Assembly (NCBI GenBank): GCA_031263265.1
Contig: JAISGE010000182.1
Location: 1 to 57,655 of the forward strand
Origin: Treponema sp.
GTDB lineage: Bacteria > Spirochaetota > Spirochaetia > Treponematales > Breznakiellaceae
Direction of reading: 5' to 3'
Length of the DNA stretch: 57,655 nucleotides
The notes beneath the pieces are model-generated. The model saw nothing but the letters and a program-made list of their open reading frames with translations. It was not told the origin of the DNA and did no database searches. A program made the position numbers and the translations under genes. This document shows positions 38,123-48,899 of the stretch, in pieces. Numbering within the stretch: the stretch's first letter is position 1; each line of letters starts with the position of its first letter.

Positions 38123-40442
38123 GATCCTGCCCATCTGTTTCTGCCCTATCTTCACGGACTGACTCATCACTTGAATGAAGATAATCACAAGCCGGGTTAA
38201 TACAAGCCTTGTGGGAACCATGCTTCTTGTCGTATTTTTCTACCATAAATTGTCCGCATTGAGGACAGTTCTGATTGATCGGCTTAAAATGGCTGATAAA
38301 GTCGCACTCAGGATAATTGGTACACCCATAGAATTCCTTGCCCCGTTTTTTGGTCTTACGAGCCACGATATCACCGCCGCAACGAGGACAGGTTGCCAAG
38401 GGTACGGATTTGGTATGCCGACATGCGGGAAAACCCGTACATGCAAGAAAGAACCCAAAGCGACCCAGCTTCTTCACCATGGGTCTCCCACAGGCATCAC
38501 AGAGCTGATCGCTTGCTTCGTCCAGCGTACCTTTAAAGGATTCCAGGGTTTTCCCCACCTCTTCAACCCTATCCTTAAACGGGCCATAGAATTCCCGGAT
38601 CATATCGGACCAGCGAAGCTGCTGTTCCTCTACCGCATCAAGTTTGTTTTCCATAGCCGCGGTGAAGGCAGTATCCACCACCTCGGGAAAATATTCCACC
38701 AGCATAGCACAGATGAGCCTTCCCAAAATCGTGGGAATCAGTTGCTTGTTCGACCGGGTTACATAATACCGCGCCAGCAATACCGAGATGGTAGGCGCAT
38801 AGGTAGAGGGCCGTCCTATACCCTTTTCTTCCAAGGTCTTCACCATGGAGGCGTCGGTATATCGGGCCGGTCCCTGAGTAAAGTGCTGTTCAGGGTAGAA
38901 GGCATCCACGAGTACCGGATCTCCAATCTTAAGGGAAGGATACCCATACCCCCGTTCTTCCTTTGAAGGCAGGAGCTTCATCACCGTATAAAATCCCTTA
39001 GTAATGATCGTGGTTCCCGATATCCTAAATATCCCTGCTCCTGCCTGAATGTCGGTACTGACCGTCCTGGTCTTAGCCGCCTTCATCTGGCTTGCCACGA
39101 AGCGTTCCCAAATAAGGGTATAAAGCCTGAGTTGATCCCGGGATAAATACTCCTTTACCTTTTCAGGGGTGTACCGTACATAGGTGGGCCTGATGGCTTC
39201 ATGGGCATCCTGGGCCTTTTTTCCCAAGAGGTATTCTACCGCCTGCTCCGGAAGCTCCTGGGGGTACTGTTCCTGGATCCACCCCCGAACTTCTTCCAAA
39301 GCGATCCGGGATATCCGCACCGAGTCGGTACGCATGTAGGTGATAAGCCCCACCCGGGAAGCGCCGATGTTCACCCCTTCATAGAGCTGTTGGGCCACCT
39401 GCATGGTCTTTTTGCTGGTAAAACCCAGACGGTTTGCGGCGATCTGCTGCAACTGAGACGTGGTAAAGGGAGGCTTGGGCCGCACCGTTTTATCGGTCTC
39501 TCGAATATCCGAGACCCTGCACGCTGCCCCAGCGATCTTATCGAGGATCTCCTTGACTGCTGCTTTGCTCTTTAAATCAACCTTATTCCCCTGCCATAGC
39601 ACCAGTTGTGCGGTAAATTTGGACTTCCCCACCATAAAATCCGCTTCCAACGTCCAGTACTCTTCAGGGATAAAGGACTCAAGTTCCTTTTCCCGTTCAC
39701 AGATGAGCCGCAAAGCCACTGACTGCACTCGACCTGCAGAGAGGCCGTTTTTTACCTTCTTCCATAACAACGGGGAAAGGTTATACCCCACTAAGCGATC
39801 CAAGACCCGCCGGGCCTTCTGAGCGTTTACCTTGGCTTCATCGATCAAACCAGGATGAGCCACCGCGTCCTTAATCGCCACCGGGGTAATCTCATTGAAG
39901 GCAATCCGCTGAATAAGAACGGTATGGGCTTTAGCTATAAGGGCATTATGTAAATGCCACGCAATGGCCTCCCCTTCACGGTCATTATCGCTCGCTAAGA
40001 GTACCATATCTGCCTTCTTAGCATCCTGCTGGAGTTCCTTCAAGATCTTTGCTCTTCCCCGAACCGTGATGTATTCAGGCTCAAAATCATGGGATACATC
40101 AATAGCTAAACGAGATTTGGGGAGATCAATGAGATGCCCCATGGATGCTTTGACCGTATAAGATGCACCCAAATACTTTTCAATGGTCTTTGCCTTAGCA
40201 GGAGATTCCACAATTACGAGGATCTTTTTATTTTTTTTCGGCTTTTCCTTTTTTTTCTTATCGGTACTCTTTTCTCTTTTTTTAGCTGCATCTGTATCAG
40301 CCATACCTTTTTTATCTTTTTTACGTGTAAGCTCGTCTTTTTTCGGTGCGATTTTATCAATTACGGTGAGATCAGTCGTCAGAGGATCAATCGTCTGGGA
40401 AAAAATTGCTGTTTCGATTTCTACAGCCATCTGCCTCACCAA
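38112..40442 (-). CDS. topA: DNA topoisomerase I
   Basis: TOPRIM 'ILVIVESPAKAKTIEKYLG', active-site 'ITYMRTDS', C-terminal CxxC zinc ribbons. Start ambiguous: TTG 40442, ATG 40430 or ATG 40304. Confidence 0.9.
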   Translation of the reverse strand: MVRQMAVEIETAIFSQTIDPLTTDLTVIDKIAPKKDELTRKKDKKGMADTDAAKKREKSTDKKKKEKPKKNKKILVIVESPAKAKTIEKYLGASYTVKASMGHLIDLPKSRLAIDVSHDFEPEYITVRGRAKILKELQQDAKKADMVLLASDNDREGEAIAWHLHNALIAKAHTVLIQRIAFNEITPVAIKDAVAHPGLIDEAKVNAQKARRVLDRLVGYNLSPLLWKKVKNGLSAGRVQSVALRLICEREKELESFIPEEYWTLEADFMVGKSKFTAQLVLWQGNKVDLKSKAAVKEILDKIAGAACRVSDIRETDKTVRPKPPFTTSQLQQIAANRLGFTSKKTMQVAQQLYEGVNIGASRVGLITYMRTDSVRISRIALEEVRGWIQEQYPQELPEQAVEYLLGKKAQDAHEAIRPTYVRYTPEKVKEYLSRDQLRLYTLIWERFVASQMKAAKTRTVSTDIQAGAGIFRISGTTIITKGFYTVMKLLPSKEERGYGYPSLKIGDPVLVDAFYPEQHFTQGPARYTDASMVKTLEEKGIGRPSTYAPTISVLLARYYVTRSNKQLIPTILGRLICAMLVEYFPEVVDTAFTAAMENKLDAVEEQQLRWSDMIREFYGPFKDRVEEVGKTLESFKGTLDEASDQLCDACGRPMVKKLGRFGFFLACTGFPACRHTKSVPLATCPRCGGDIVARKTKKRGKEFYGCTNYPECDFISHFKPINQNCPQCGQFMVEKYDKKHGSHKACINPACDYLHSSDESVREDRAETDGQDHAE

Positions 40443-41422
40443 TCCTCACCGGCTATATTTAAAGAGCGGGCAAGGGAGGATGCTAACGCTGAAACACTGA
40501 ATTCCCCTTCAGCACTGCCAGGATCGCTCCGCGTCCTTGGTGCTTCTTTCTGGGTAATACCCCATTCTTTGAGAATATCCCCTGCGTTGGAGATCACCGG
40601 AGCCCCTTCTGAGGCGAGCTTCCGAGTTCCTGCTCCTTGGGGAGCGACAAGCCCTGCAGAAGCTACCCAGAGATCCCTCCCTTGCTCCAGAGCAAAGCGC
40701 GCGGTGATGAGTGCGCCTGAGGATTCTGGGGCCTCTACAATCACGGTTCCCCGGGCAAGGGCAGAGATGATCCGGTTCCGGGCCGGGAAATGCCATTTTC
40801 GTGGACTCGTTCCTGGAGGATATTCGCTGAGCAATGCCCCTCCCTGTTCAATGATACGCCGGGCAAGAAGCCGGTTTCCCGCGGGATACACCTCATCTAG
40901 GCCGGAACCCAGCACCGCAATGGTGGGTGCGCCTCCATCACTATTCCCCCGATGGGCCATCGCATCAATACCTATGGCAAGCCCGGCAATCACGGGAATT
41001 CCCGCATAAGCCAGGGCCTTGGCAATATCGTATGCCTGGGTCAAAGCCCCTGAAGAAGGATGCCTAGTTCCTACTATGCCGACTATGGGCAACTCAGGAT
41101 TAGGGAGCTTGCCTCGATAGAATAGAATCGCCGGTGGGTCATAGATCTCCCGGAGCAACGGCGGATACTGAGGACTCACATAGGAAACATAGCTAATACC
41201 CCGCATCCGGGCTACCATTGCATCCTGTTCCGCCTGAGCGTGCAACGCGTCCCGATTCCACGGATACTGCAAAGATCGGCCCACCAATCCTTCCATGGCT
41301 CGTTTTGAAAGTCCCCATAAATCGGCTTCCTGGTTACAGTGGGTACATATCCGTACCCGTTCAGCAGGAGTAAGTCGAGGAATTCGTCCTATGATTAAAT
41401 CGACTAAACCCCGATCAGTCAT
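40436..41422 (-). CDS. dprA: DNA processing protein DprA (Smf)
   Basis: Rossmann-like core 'GLAIGIDAMAHRG'. Lies upstream of topA, as in many bacteria. Confidence 0.85.
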   Translation of the reverse strand: MTDRGLVDLIIGRIPRLTPAERVRICTHCNQEADLWGLSKRAMEGLVGRSLQYPWNRDALHAQAEQDAMVARMRGISYVSYVSPQYPPLLREIYDPPAILFYRGKLPNPELPIVGIVGTRHPSSGALTQAYDIAKALAYAGIPVIAGLAIGIDAMAHRGNSDGGAPTIAVLGSGLDEVYPAGNRLLARRIIEQGGALLSEYPPGTSPRKWHFPARNRIISALARGTVIVEAPESSGALITARFALEQGRDLWVASAGLVAPQGAGTRKLASEGAPVISNAGDILKEWGITQKEAPRTRSDPGSAEGEFSVSALASSLARSLNIAGEDW

Positions 41423-42173
41423 AAAGTAACCCTAACACCACCGCTTTATTCTGTTCTGCATCCAAACGCTTCTTTGGATCCTTGGTTATCTTCAGGATTT
41501 GATCATAGAGATCTACTGCACCCTCATACCGGCTGGTCATATAATAAGCCCGCGCCAGGATAAACATACCATCAACCTCATTTTTCGCCAGCTCAACATA
41601 CCGTTCCAGATGAGGAATGGCTTCTTCAGGACGGTCAAGCTCGAACACATACAAAACCCCCAAGCCATACCGAGGCCGAGCATACTTTTCATCTAACTCA
41701 ATAGCCCGCAGAAAGGCTCTTTCGGCAAGTTCAAAATAGCGCATTCGTAGGTTGTCCCCTCCCCCTGTCTCTGAACTGCCATAGGAAGATTTCGCCACAA
41801 TCCCCGCAGAAACTCCTCGCAGATAATGCGGAGTTGGCTCTGCAGGAGTATAATAAATTGCCCGTTCCAACGCATCCAATGCCTCGCTATGAAGGCCCCT
41901 GTCCTGTAATCGAGTAGCTAAAATCTTCCAGTATACTCCGGTCTGGGCCCCATCTTTCACCTGCTGTTCAATCTTCGCTTCATAGAGGGCTATGGCCTCC
42001 CGCAACCCTTGGATAGTCGCCGGAGGCCCTCCCCCACGAGGCCCCAGTTCGGCAATCCGGGTCGCCAAGGTATCCCTGAACCGGTACTTCCGGTAGACAG
42101 AGATACCTAACACCAAGGCACCTATTACCAGAATCACTACTATACCGATGAACGTTTCTTTTTTAATCTTCAT
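41415..42173 (-). CDS. Membrane-anchored TPR-repeat protein
   Basis: N-terminal TM helix (IGIVVILVIGALVLGISV) followed by TPR-like Ala/Tyr/Leu repeats. Overlaps both neighbours. Confidence 0.6.
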   Translation of the reverse strand: MKIKKETFIGIVVILVIGALVLGISVYRKYRFRDTLATRIAELGPRGGGPPATIQGLREAIALYEAKIEQQVKDGAQTGVYWKILATRLQDRGLHSEALDALERAIYYTPAEPTPHYLRGVSAGIVAKSSYGSSETGGGDNLRMRYFELAERAFLRAIELDEKYARPRYGLGVLYVFELDRPEEAIPHLERYVELAKNEVDGMFILARAYYMTSRYEGAVDLYDQILKITKDPKKRLDAEQNKAVVLGLLYD

Positions 42174-43119
42174 TGTTAACCTTCATCTGGACTGTACTCT
42201 CAGGATTAGTTCGATACCTGCCATCTGCCCATAACTTTGGCATGTAGTGCCGATGCTGCTCCTTGAGAAGAGATGTATCCACATGGGTATAGATTTGGGT
42301 AGTGGTCAAATCCGCATGCCCTAAGAGTTCCTGTACCGACCGTAGATCCGCGCCTCCAGCCAATAAAGCAGTGGCAAAGGTATGCCGTAAGGCGTGGAGC
42401 TTGGAACTCACTTCCACCGGCGCGGTAATCTGGGCATAGGACTTCCACATCCCTTTCCGGGAAAACCTCCTGCCGGCTCGATTGATAAACAGGGCGGAAC
42501 TCTGCTGAGAACCAGCAAGCTGGGGCCGGGCTTCTGCCAAGTACCGTTTCAGCCAGGATGCGGCTTCTTCTCCAAAAATGGCGAACCGTTCCTGGTTTCC
42601 TTTCCCCCGGACAGTAATCAATCCTTCAGAAAATCTAATATCCCGTACATTCAAGGAAACCGCCTCTGAAACCCGTAACCCTGCGGAATACATAAGCTCA
42701 TAGAGCGCTCGATTCCGTAATCCCCAGGGGGTACTGGTATCAATCAGTCCCAACACCTGATCCACCGATTCCCGGGTAAGTACCGGAGGCAGCCGGATCC
42801 CCTGACGAGGAGCTTCCAGGATATCCGCCGGGTTATCGCATCTGATACGCTCATCTATGATAAACCGAAAAAAAGAACGAAGCGCTGCTATGACTTTAGC
42901 GGTGGTTCGCGCATTGATGCGGTCCCTGGTACGCCGCTGTTCCAGGTATCGAACCAGGGACCGGGTATCGGCAGTTTCAAGGCGTACCTGAGTTTCGGTA
43001 AGCCAGTCCAAAAACAGACGGATCTCTCCCCTATAAGTTGCAACCGTGAGGGGCGCCCGGTGTTCTCCCTTACTAAGCCGGACATAATACTGATCCAAAA
43101 GATCCTGCCACGGTATCAC
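42163..43119 (-). CDS. xerD: Tyrosine recombinase XerD
   Basis: 'LHALRHTFAT' and 'LLGHADLTTTQIYTHV'. Starts 2 nt after the ftsZ stop. Confidence 0.8.
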   Translation of the reverse strand: MIPWQDLLDQYYVRLSKGEHRAPLTVATYRGEIRLFLDWLTETQVRLETADTRSLVRYLEQRRTRDRINARTTAKVIAALRSFFRFIIDERIRCDNPADILEAPRQGIRLPPVLTRESVDQVLGLIDTSTPWGLRNRALYELMYSAGLRVSEAVSLNVRDIRFSEGLITVRGKGNQERFAIFGEEAASWLKRYLAEARPQLAGSQQSSALFINRAGRRFSRKGMWKSYAQITAPVEVSSKLHALRHTFATALLAGGADLRSVQELLGHADLTTTQIYTHVDTSLLKEQHRHYMPKLWADGRYRTNPESTVQMKVNNED

Positions 43120-43121
43120 CT

Positions 43122-44333
43122 CTATGCTTCCTTCCCTGCCCCTGTTATGGAAGCATCTCTACGAAGGTTGTACTTCCGATCCCGGATTACCGTGGGAACC
43201 TCCAGATCATCCTCCTGATAATTATTCCGGGGGGAAATAAATTCCGTCCGTTTGGTCCGTTCTCGAATTTTTTCCCATTCATTAATATCAATGAAATCAC
43301 TCTCCGCTTGCTTAACCGGTTCCCGAACCGGCCCTTTTTGGGGAGCCTTGACGGTTTCAGCTTGAAACCCGGTGGCAATAACCGTTACCCGCAGCCTATC
43401 TTCAAGTGCAGTATCAAGGGTAGATCCCACGATAATGACCGCTTCCGGATCTGCCTTGGCCGTAATAAGATTGACCACTTCCTGAAATTCAACCAGAGAA
43501 AAGTCATCACTACCGGAAACATTCACGAGAATCCGGGTAGCTCCTTCAATAGCCGTATCTTCCAGGAGAGGATTGTCCACGGCTGAAGAGGCTGCTTCAG
43601 AGGCCCGGTTATCCCCGGTACCATAACCGATACCCATAAGGGCATCTCCCTGACCTTGAATAATCGCCTCGACATCTGCAAAATCAATGTTAATCAGCCC
43701 TGTCTGATTCACCAGATCCGAGATTCCCTGGACTCCCTGGCGCAGTACATCATCAGCCTTGAGAAAGGCCTCGGTGATGGGAGTCCGCCGTTCCACAATG
43801 TTAAGGAGATGCTGATTGGGGATGATAATGAGGGTATCTACCGCCTCCCGCAGTTTGACGATCCCTGCCTCAGCAAGACGCATCCTGAAGCGCCCCTCAA
43901 ACTCAAAGGGCTTGGTCACCACCCCTACGGTAAGGGCACCGCACTCCTTGGCTATTTGAGCGATCACCGGTGCGGATCCGGTTCCTGTTCCTCCTCCCAT
44001 ACCGGCAGTAACGAACACCATATTGGCCCCTTTGAGGACTTCTGCGATCATTTCCCGGTCGTCATTGGCCGCCTTTTCACCGATCTCAGGTTTTCCCCCA
44101 GCACCTCGGCCTCCGGTAAATTTTGCGCCGATCTGCAGTTTTTTATTCGCCTTACATTTATTCAGATCCTGCACATCTGTATTAACTGCGATAAATTCCA
44201 CCCCCTGTAAACCACAACTAATCATGCGGTTTACCGCGTTGGAGCCGCCTCCACCGGTACCGATAACCTTGATAATCGCCGGACTCGGGTTTACCAGTTT
44301 TTCATCATGCACTTCAATATTCATAAAATTCAT
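43122..44333 (-). CDS. ftsZ: Cell division protein FtsZ
   Basis: Tubulin signature '[13 protein letters not shown]' and '[13 protein letters not shown]'. Start at ATG 44333, preceded by GGGAGG. Confidence 0.93.
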   Translation of the reverse strand: MNFMNIEVHDEKLVNPSPAIIKVIGTGGGGSNAVNRMISCGLQGVEFIAVNTDVQDLNKCKANKKLQIGAKFTGGRGAGGKPEIGEKAANDDREMIAEVLKGANMVFVTAGMGGGTGTGSAPVIAQIAKECGALTVGVVTKPFEFEGRFRMRLAEAGIVKLREAVDTLIIIPNQHLLNIVERRTPITEAFLKADDVLRQGVQGISDLVNQTGLINIDFADVEAIIQGQGDALMGIGYGTGDNRASEAASSAVDNPLLEDTAIEGATRILVNVSGSDDFSLVEFQEVVNLITAKADPEAVIIVGSTLDTALEDRLRVTVIATGFQAETVKAPQKGPVREPVKQAESDFIDINEWEKIRERTKRTEFISPRNNYQEDDLEVPTVIRDRKYNLRRDASITGAGKEA

Positions 44334-44451
44334 ATATTCCTCCCAAATCACTTCTTTGATTTTTTTTACTATGCCTGTAATTAGTGTACGATATCTAGAC
44401 GCGAATATCCCTAATAAACCCCTCATCTATAAAAATAAAAGTCATAAAATC

Positions 44452-45693
44452 TTAAAAAATTTCATTTTTAAACCACTCAATGATTTGACGCACCTTAGTT
44501 GGTCGTCCTTTTTCCCTGCTGTGTTTTTCTACTCCCCGCTCAGGGGCGTTCCTACGCTCCCGCTCATCCCCTTCCAACACCAAGCCTACAGCAGTAGCAT
44601 ATATGGGACTCCGGTATTCTTCCACAAGGCCTCCTACCGGAAGAGGACTTCCTACTCTGACCGGTAGCTTAAAGATGTAGGAAGCCAATTCTGCTGCGCC
44701 TAAGAGCTGCGCTCCCCCGCCGGTCAAGACAATACCCCCTCCCAGGGGCCTTGAAAGGGCAAGCTTATCCAACTTCTCCTTTACCATCTTGAAAATCTCT
44801 TCCATTCGGGGCCGGATGATCGCCATTATCTGGGATTTCGGTATGGGCATCGGGGGTCTCCCGCCAACTCCCGGCACAATCACCTCCTCCTCCTCCTCAA
44901 ACAAACCTTCCCAACAGCACCCCGTATCGATCTTAATCCGCTCGGCAGTCTCAAAAGAGATATTCTTCACCTTCGATATATCACTGGTGATCATGCCGCC
45001 CCCTGCAGGAATAGTTACATTTGAATAGGGAGCTCCATCAGCATATACCAGTACATCCGTGGTTCCTCCCCCAAGGTCAAGCAAGGCTACCCCAATCTCT
45101 TTTTCTTCTAGGGTCAGTACGGATCTACTTGCCGCCAAGGACTGGAGGATAAGATCGTTTACAATGAACCCCGCCCGGTTTACACACTTTATCAAATTTT
45201 GGGCACTCGTAACCGAACAGGTAATGATATGCACTTCTGCTTCGAGACGCACCCCAATCATGTCCAAAGGATCCCGAATACCCCGCTGATCATCCACGAT
45301 ATAGCTCTGGGGAATCACCTCAAGTACCTGTCGATCCATAGGAATAACCACAGCCCGGGCCGCTTCCAAGACCCGACTAATATCCTCTTGCCCAATCTCC
45401 CGGGTTTCCCGGATTTTTCCGGTAACCGCCACAACCCCACGGGAATTGATCCCATCAATATGGTTGCCCCCTATTCCGGTCCAGCATACATCTACTTCCC
45501 GGCCGCTCATCATTTCCGCTGCTTCAATGGCGGTAGCCACCGACCGAAGGGTAGCTTCAATATTGACCACTACCCCTTTTCGCAGTCCTGTGGATGGACA
45601 CACCCCCACACCGGTAATTTCGAGAATTCCATGCTCATTACGCTCGCCAATCACGGCGCAGACCTTAGTCGTACCTATATCGAGGCCGACCAC
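44452..45693 (-). CDS. ftsA: Cell division protein FtsA
   Basis: Actin-like ATPase motifs '[13 protein letters not shown]' and 'DLGGGTTD'. Confidence 0.9.
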   Translation of the reverse strand: MVGLDIGTTKVCAVIGERNEHGILEITGVGVCPSTGLRKGVVVNIEATLRSVATAIEAAEMMSGREVDVCWTGIGGNHIDGINSRGVVAVTGKIRETREIGQEDISRVLEAARAVVIPMDRQVLEVIPQSYIVDDQRGIRDPLDMIGVRLEAEVHIITCSVTSAQNLIKCVNRAGFIVNDLILQSLAASRSVLTLEEKEIGVALLDLGGGTTDVLVYADGAPYSNVTIPAGGGMITSDISKVKNISFETAERIKIDTGCCWEGLFEEEEEVIVPGVGGRPPMPIPKSQIMAIIRPRMEEIFKMVKEKLDKLALSRPLGGGIVLTGGGAQLLGAAELASYIFKLPVRVGSPLPVGGLVEEYRSPIYATAVGLVLEGDERERRNAPERGVEKHSREKGRPTKVRQIIEWFKNEIF

Positions 45694-45703
45694 TAATCCG
45701 TCA

Positions 45704-46570
45704 TTAGCCAGAAGATGCCTCCTTTACCGTATAGGATGCCGTACCGGTCCTAAAATCGATCTCTTCAATCTTGGCGCCCCTTGAAACACACACATCCACT
45801 ACTAACAATACGTAGCGAAGCATGTTTTCATTTAATTCCGATCCCAGTCGAATCCGTACGGGATTATGAACAGGATAGAGGATAACATCATAACTGTCAA
45901 AGGCCTTTCGGTTTACTCCGATCTCAGAAATAGCCGCCAACAGCTCAGGAGCAACAAGCTGTATTCGGGCAAGATTGGCCAACAAAGTCCTTGACATGAA
46001 TGGAAGCTGCATCCCTAAAAAGGGTTGTTCCGTGATTAACCCCGTTATAATTGGTATGGATAGGGCAGGAGCGGTTCCCGAAGTTTCATGGCCGATCTTA
46101 AAGACCACCCCCCGGTTGTCGAAAAAAACTGGACATACCTTATCGTTTATCGTCACAAAGGACAAAGCCACCGCCTTACGACCCTCAAGGACTATCCGTA
46201 CCGAATTGGGAAACCCTTTAATCACCTTAGCAGAGGCTACCACCAAGAGGGCCTCTAAATGAGCTTCCGCGCTCCGGGAATTCACCGATACATAGGAGGA
46301 ACGCCTCGTGATCCCCGCTTGTTTAAGCACCATCCCGGTATCCAATTCCGGCATTCCCGTAACTTCCACCCGAGACAAGGGCATACAAGGATTAACCACC
46401 AAAAGTAGTATCAATTCCCCTCCAATGAGGGCCACAATAACAATAATGATCCACTTCAGAGCCTTTTCTATGAGGGAGGAACCTGCCGATTCACCCACTC
46501 CTGTTTCTATATCATCGGATAAGAACTCAGGGGATAATATATCTTCGGTAAAAATATTATCATCGGCCAT
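45704..46570 (-). CDS. ftsQ: FtsQ-like cell division protein (POTRA domain)
   Basis: Single TM helix then a POTRA-like region (RVEVTGMPELD...). Lies between ftsW and ftsA. Start set to ATG 46570 (MADDNIF), overlapping the ftsW stop. Confidence 0.6.
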   Translation of the reverse strand: MADDNIFTEDILSPEFLSDDIETGVGESAGSSLIEKALKWIIIVIVALIGGELILLLVVNPCMPLSRVEVTGMPELDTGMVLKQAGITRRSSYVSVNSRSAEAHLEALLVVASAKVIKGFPNSVRIVLEGRKAVALSFVTINDKVCPVFFDNRGVVFKIGHETSGTAPALSIPIITGLITEQPFLGMQLPFMSRTLLANLARIQLVAPELLAAISEIGVNRKAFDSYDVILYPVHNPVRIRLGSELNENMLRYVLLVVDVCVSRGAKIEEIDFRTGTASYTVKEASSG

Positions 46571-47774
46571 GGGACACCTCAGGACCAGATGCATACCAAC
46601 TTTCTGATTTAGCCGTGTATTTCGTGGCCGAAGGACCAAAAGATTTCGATGGCTCCCGGGACCTGGAAATATTGACGATGATCCCTGCCCCAATCAAGGT
46701 AGTTACCAACGATGAACCTCCGGCAGAAAAAAACGGCAAAGGAATCCCGGTTGCAGGGACTGAACCAGACACCACCGCAATATTTGCAAGCACTTGGGAC
46801 ACGATCATGGTAACCAAGCCAAAGGCTAAAAGTCGCCGGTAGGTTCCTTGTGCCCGCATAGCCACCAAGTATCCCCGGGCGGCAAAAACCCCAAAGAGCA
46901 GGATAAAAAACAAAACCCCTAAAAAACCCATCTCCTCAGCAAACGAGGAAAAAATAAAATCCGACTGAATTTCAGGTACCCCGGCAAACTTCCGTATCCC
47001 ATGACCCACTCCTTTACCCCAAAATCCGCCAGATGCAATGGTACTAATAGAAGCTCGGACCTGGTATCCTGCCCCATGGGGCTCCCAGCTTGGGTTAAGA
47101 TAACTAATAATCCGTCTGAACCGGTGTTCCTTGGTCAATATCAACAACAGGGCAAAGGGTAAAAACATGAACAAACCGCTGAGGAAATAGCGGTACTTCA
47201 CCCCTGCCAGATAAAAAACCAGCACCGCATTTATGGCAATAAATGCCGCAGTGGAAAAGTTATTTTGACAAGAAATCAATATAATGAACACAACGGTAAT
47301 ACACGCAGGTGGCAAGATACCCTTGGTTAAAGAATGAATCTGTTCCTGTTTTTTATCAAAAATATGGGCCAAATACAAAGGTAAGACGAGCTTGACTAGT
47401 TCTGAAGGCTGAAAGGTCTCGGAGCCAATGCGGAACCACCGGGAAGCGCCGTTTTTTGTTACTCCCACCACCGGCAGCAGGGGAAGGATACAGAGCATAA
47501 TCGTACCCAGTACCATAAGTACCGGCAAGCGATAGCCCCGCACCCAATCCAGATTAACGCGGGAACTCACCAGGAACAGCACCATCCCTGCCCCCAAAAA
47601 GAAGAACTGTCGGGATATTAAGTACAGCCCATCTTCAAAAAACCGTTCTGCATATACGTAAGAGGAAGAATAAAGGGTTACCATCCCCAAACCAGTAAGG
47701 AGGAAAATACTGGCAATCAAAATATGATCTGCATGGACCCGGCGTCCTGTTTTTTCAACATTAAAATGATACAT
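46560..47774 (-). CDS. ftsW: SEDS-family peptidoglycan polymerase FtsW
   Basis: Polytopic FtsW/RodA family protein (…GLPLPFFSAGGSS…) in the dcw position. Confidence 0.85.
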   Translation of the reverse strand: MYHFNVEKTGRRVHADHILIASIFLLTGLGMVTLYSSSYVYAERFFEDGLYLISRQFFFLGAGMVLFLVSSRVNLDWVRGYRLPVLMVLGTIMLCILPLLPVVGVTKNGASRWFRIGSETFQPSELVKLVLPLYLAHIFDKKQEQIHSLTKGILPPACITVVFIILISCQNNFSTAAFIAINAVLVFYLAGVKYRYFLSGLFMFLPFALLLILTKEHRFRRIISYLNPSWEPHGAGYQVRASISTIASGGFWGKGVGHGIRKFAGVPEIQSDFIFSSFAEEMGFLGVLFFILLFGVFAARGYLVAMRAQGTYRRLLAFGLVTMIVSQVLANIAVVSGSVPATGIPLPFFSAGGSSLVTTLIGAGIIVNISRSREPSKSFGPSATKYTAKSESWYASGPEVSHGR

Positions 47775-47807
47775 GCTGTCTATCCTTTACTCCCTGCACT
47801 TGTTTTT

Positions 47808-48887
47808 TCATTGAATCTTCAATGTTGACAACGCAATGATAGCAAATAGTCCTCCCAAAATCCAAAAACGGATAACCACCTTGGTTTCTGCCCACCCGGA
47901 TAATTCAAAATGATGGTGCAGCGGAGCCATCTTAAACATCCGCTTCTTGCTCACTTTATAAGAAATTACCTGGATGATTACCGAGGCAATTTCCAAGACA
48001 AAGACCCCTCCAATAATCAGAATCAGGATCTCCTTTTTAATAATCAAAGAAACCACCGCGATAACTCCTCCCAGGGGCAGACTCCCCACATCCCCCATAA
48101 ACACATCCGCAGGATGAGCATTGAACCAAAGAAACCCGATACAGGCCCCAACTGCAGCGAGACAGAAAACGGTCAACTCCCCTCCTCCGGTAATATAGGG
48201 TATCCCCAGATAAGAGGAATAATCTGCCCTTCCTGAAAGATAGGTAAGAATCCCTAAGGTAATAAATACCAGAATAAGGAGACCTGCTGCAAGCCCATCA
48301 AGACCATCAGAAAAATTCACTGCATTGGATTCTCCCACAATAAGGAGTACCCCAAAGGGTATCCATAGGACCCCCATATCAACCACAGGATTCTTGAAAA
48401 AGGGGATATACAGAGCGGTGATCCCTTCCTCCTCTGAAAAATACAGAAAGAGCACCACCCCAATGGCTACCGTAAACTGACCTACCAGTTTTGCCCAGGC
48501 AGGTAAACCTGCGGAGTTGTGCCGCCGAACCTTGAGGAAATCATCCATAAAACCAATGCATCCCAAGGCAACCAATGCTCCGCAGGTGATCCATACCTTA
48601 GTATTTTTCCAATCCTGCCACAAAAGCATGGAACAGATCATAGAAAAAATAATCAGGGTTCCCCCCATGGTGGGAGTACCGTTTTTTTTCAAATGACTCT
48701 CAGGACCATCTTCTCGAACCGCTTGGCCTATCTTAAGTTTTTGGAGGGCTTCGATTATCCGGGGGCCTAGAATGAAACAGATGAGTAGGGTAGTTAAAGC
48801 CGCGTATGCACCCCGGAATGAAAGGTACTGGAACACATTGAGCGGGGTGAAATATTTAACTAAAGGATAAATAAATTCTAGAAACAC
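47808..48887 (-). CDS. mraY: Phospho-N-acetylmuramoyl-pentapeptide transferase
   Basis: Motifs 'NAVNFSDGLDGLA' and 'MGDVGSLPLGG'. Confidence 0.92.
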   Translation of the reverse strand: MFLEFIYPLVKYFTPLNVFQYLSFRGAYAALTTLLICFILGPRIIEALQKLKIGQAVREDGPESHLKKNGTPTMGGTLIIFSMICSMLLWQDWKNTKVWITCGALVALGCIGFMDDFLKVRRHNSAGLPAWAKLVGQFTVAIGVVLFLYFSEEEGITALYIPFFKNPVVDMGVLWIPFGVLLIVGESNAVNFSDGLDGLAAGLLILVFITLGILTYLSGRADYSSYLGIPYITGGGELTVFCLAAVGACIGFLWFNAHPADVFMGDVGSLPLGGVIAVVSLIIKKEILILIIGGVFVLEIASVIIQVISYKVSKKRMFKMAPLHHHFELSGWAETKVVIRFWILGGLFAIIALSTLKIQ

Positions 48888-48899
48888 CTAAACCCCTCC

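Noticed and set aside
37106-43119. Two tyrosine recombinases that could mark an integrated mobile element.
   Set aside because: Both have canonical Xer-type catalytic motifs. They sit in conserved housekeeping synteny (ftsZ-xerD; topA-xerC-hslVU) with overlapping neighbours. I saw no flanking direct repeats, tRNA attachment site or phage genes.
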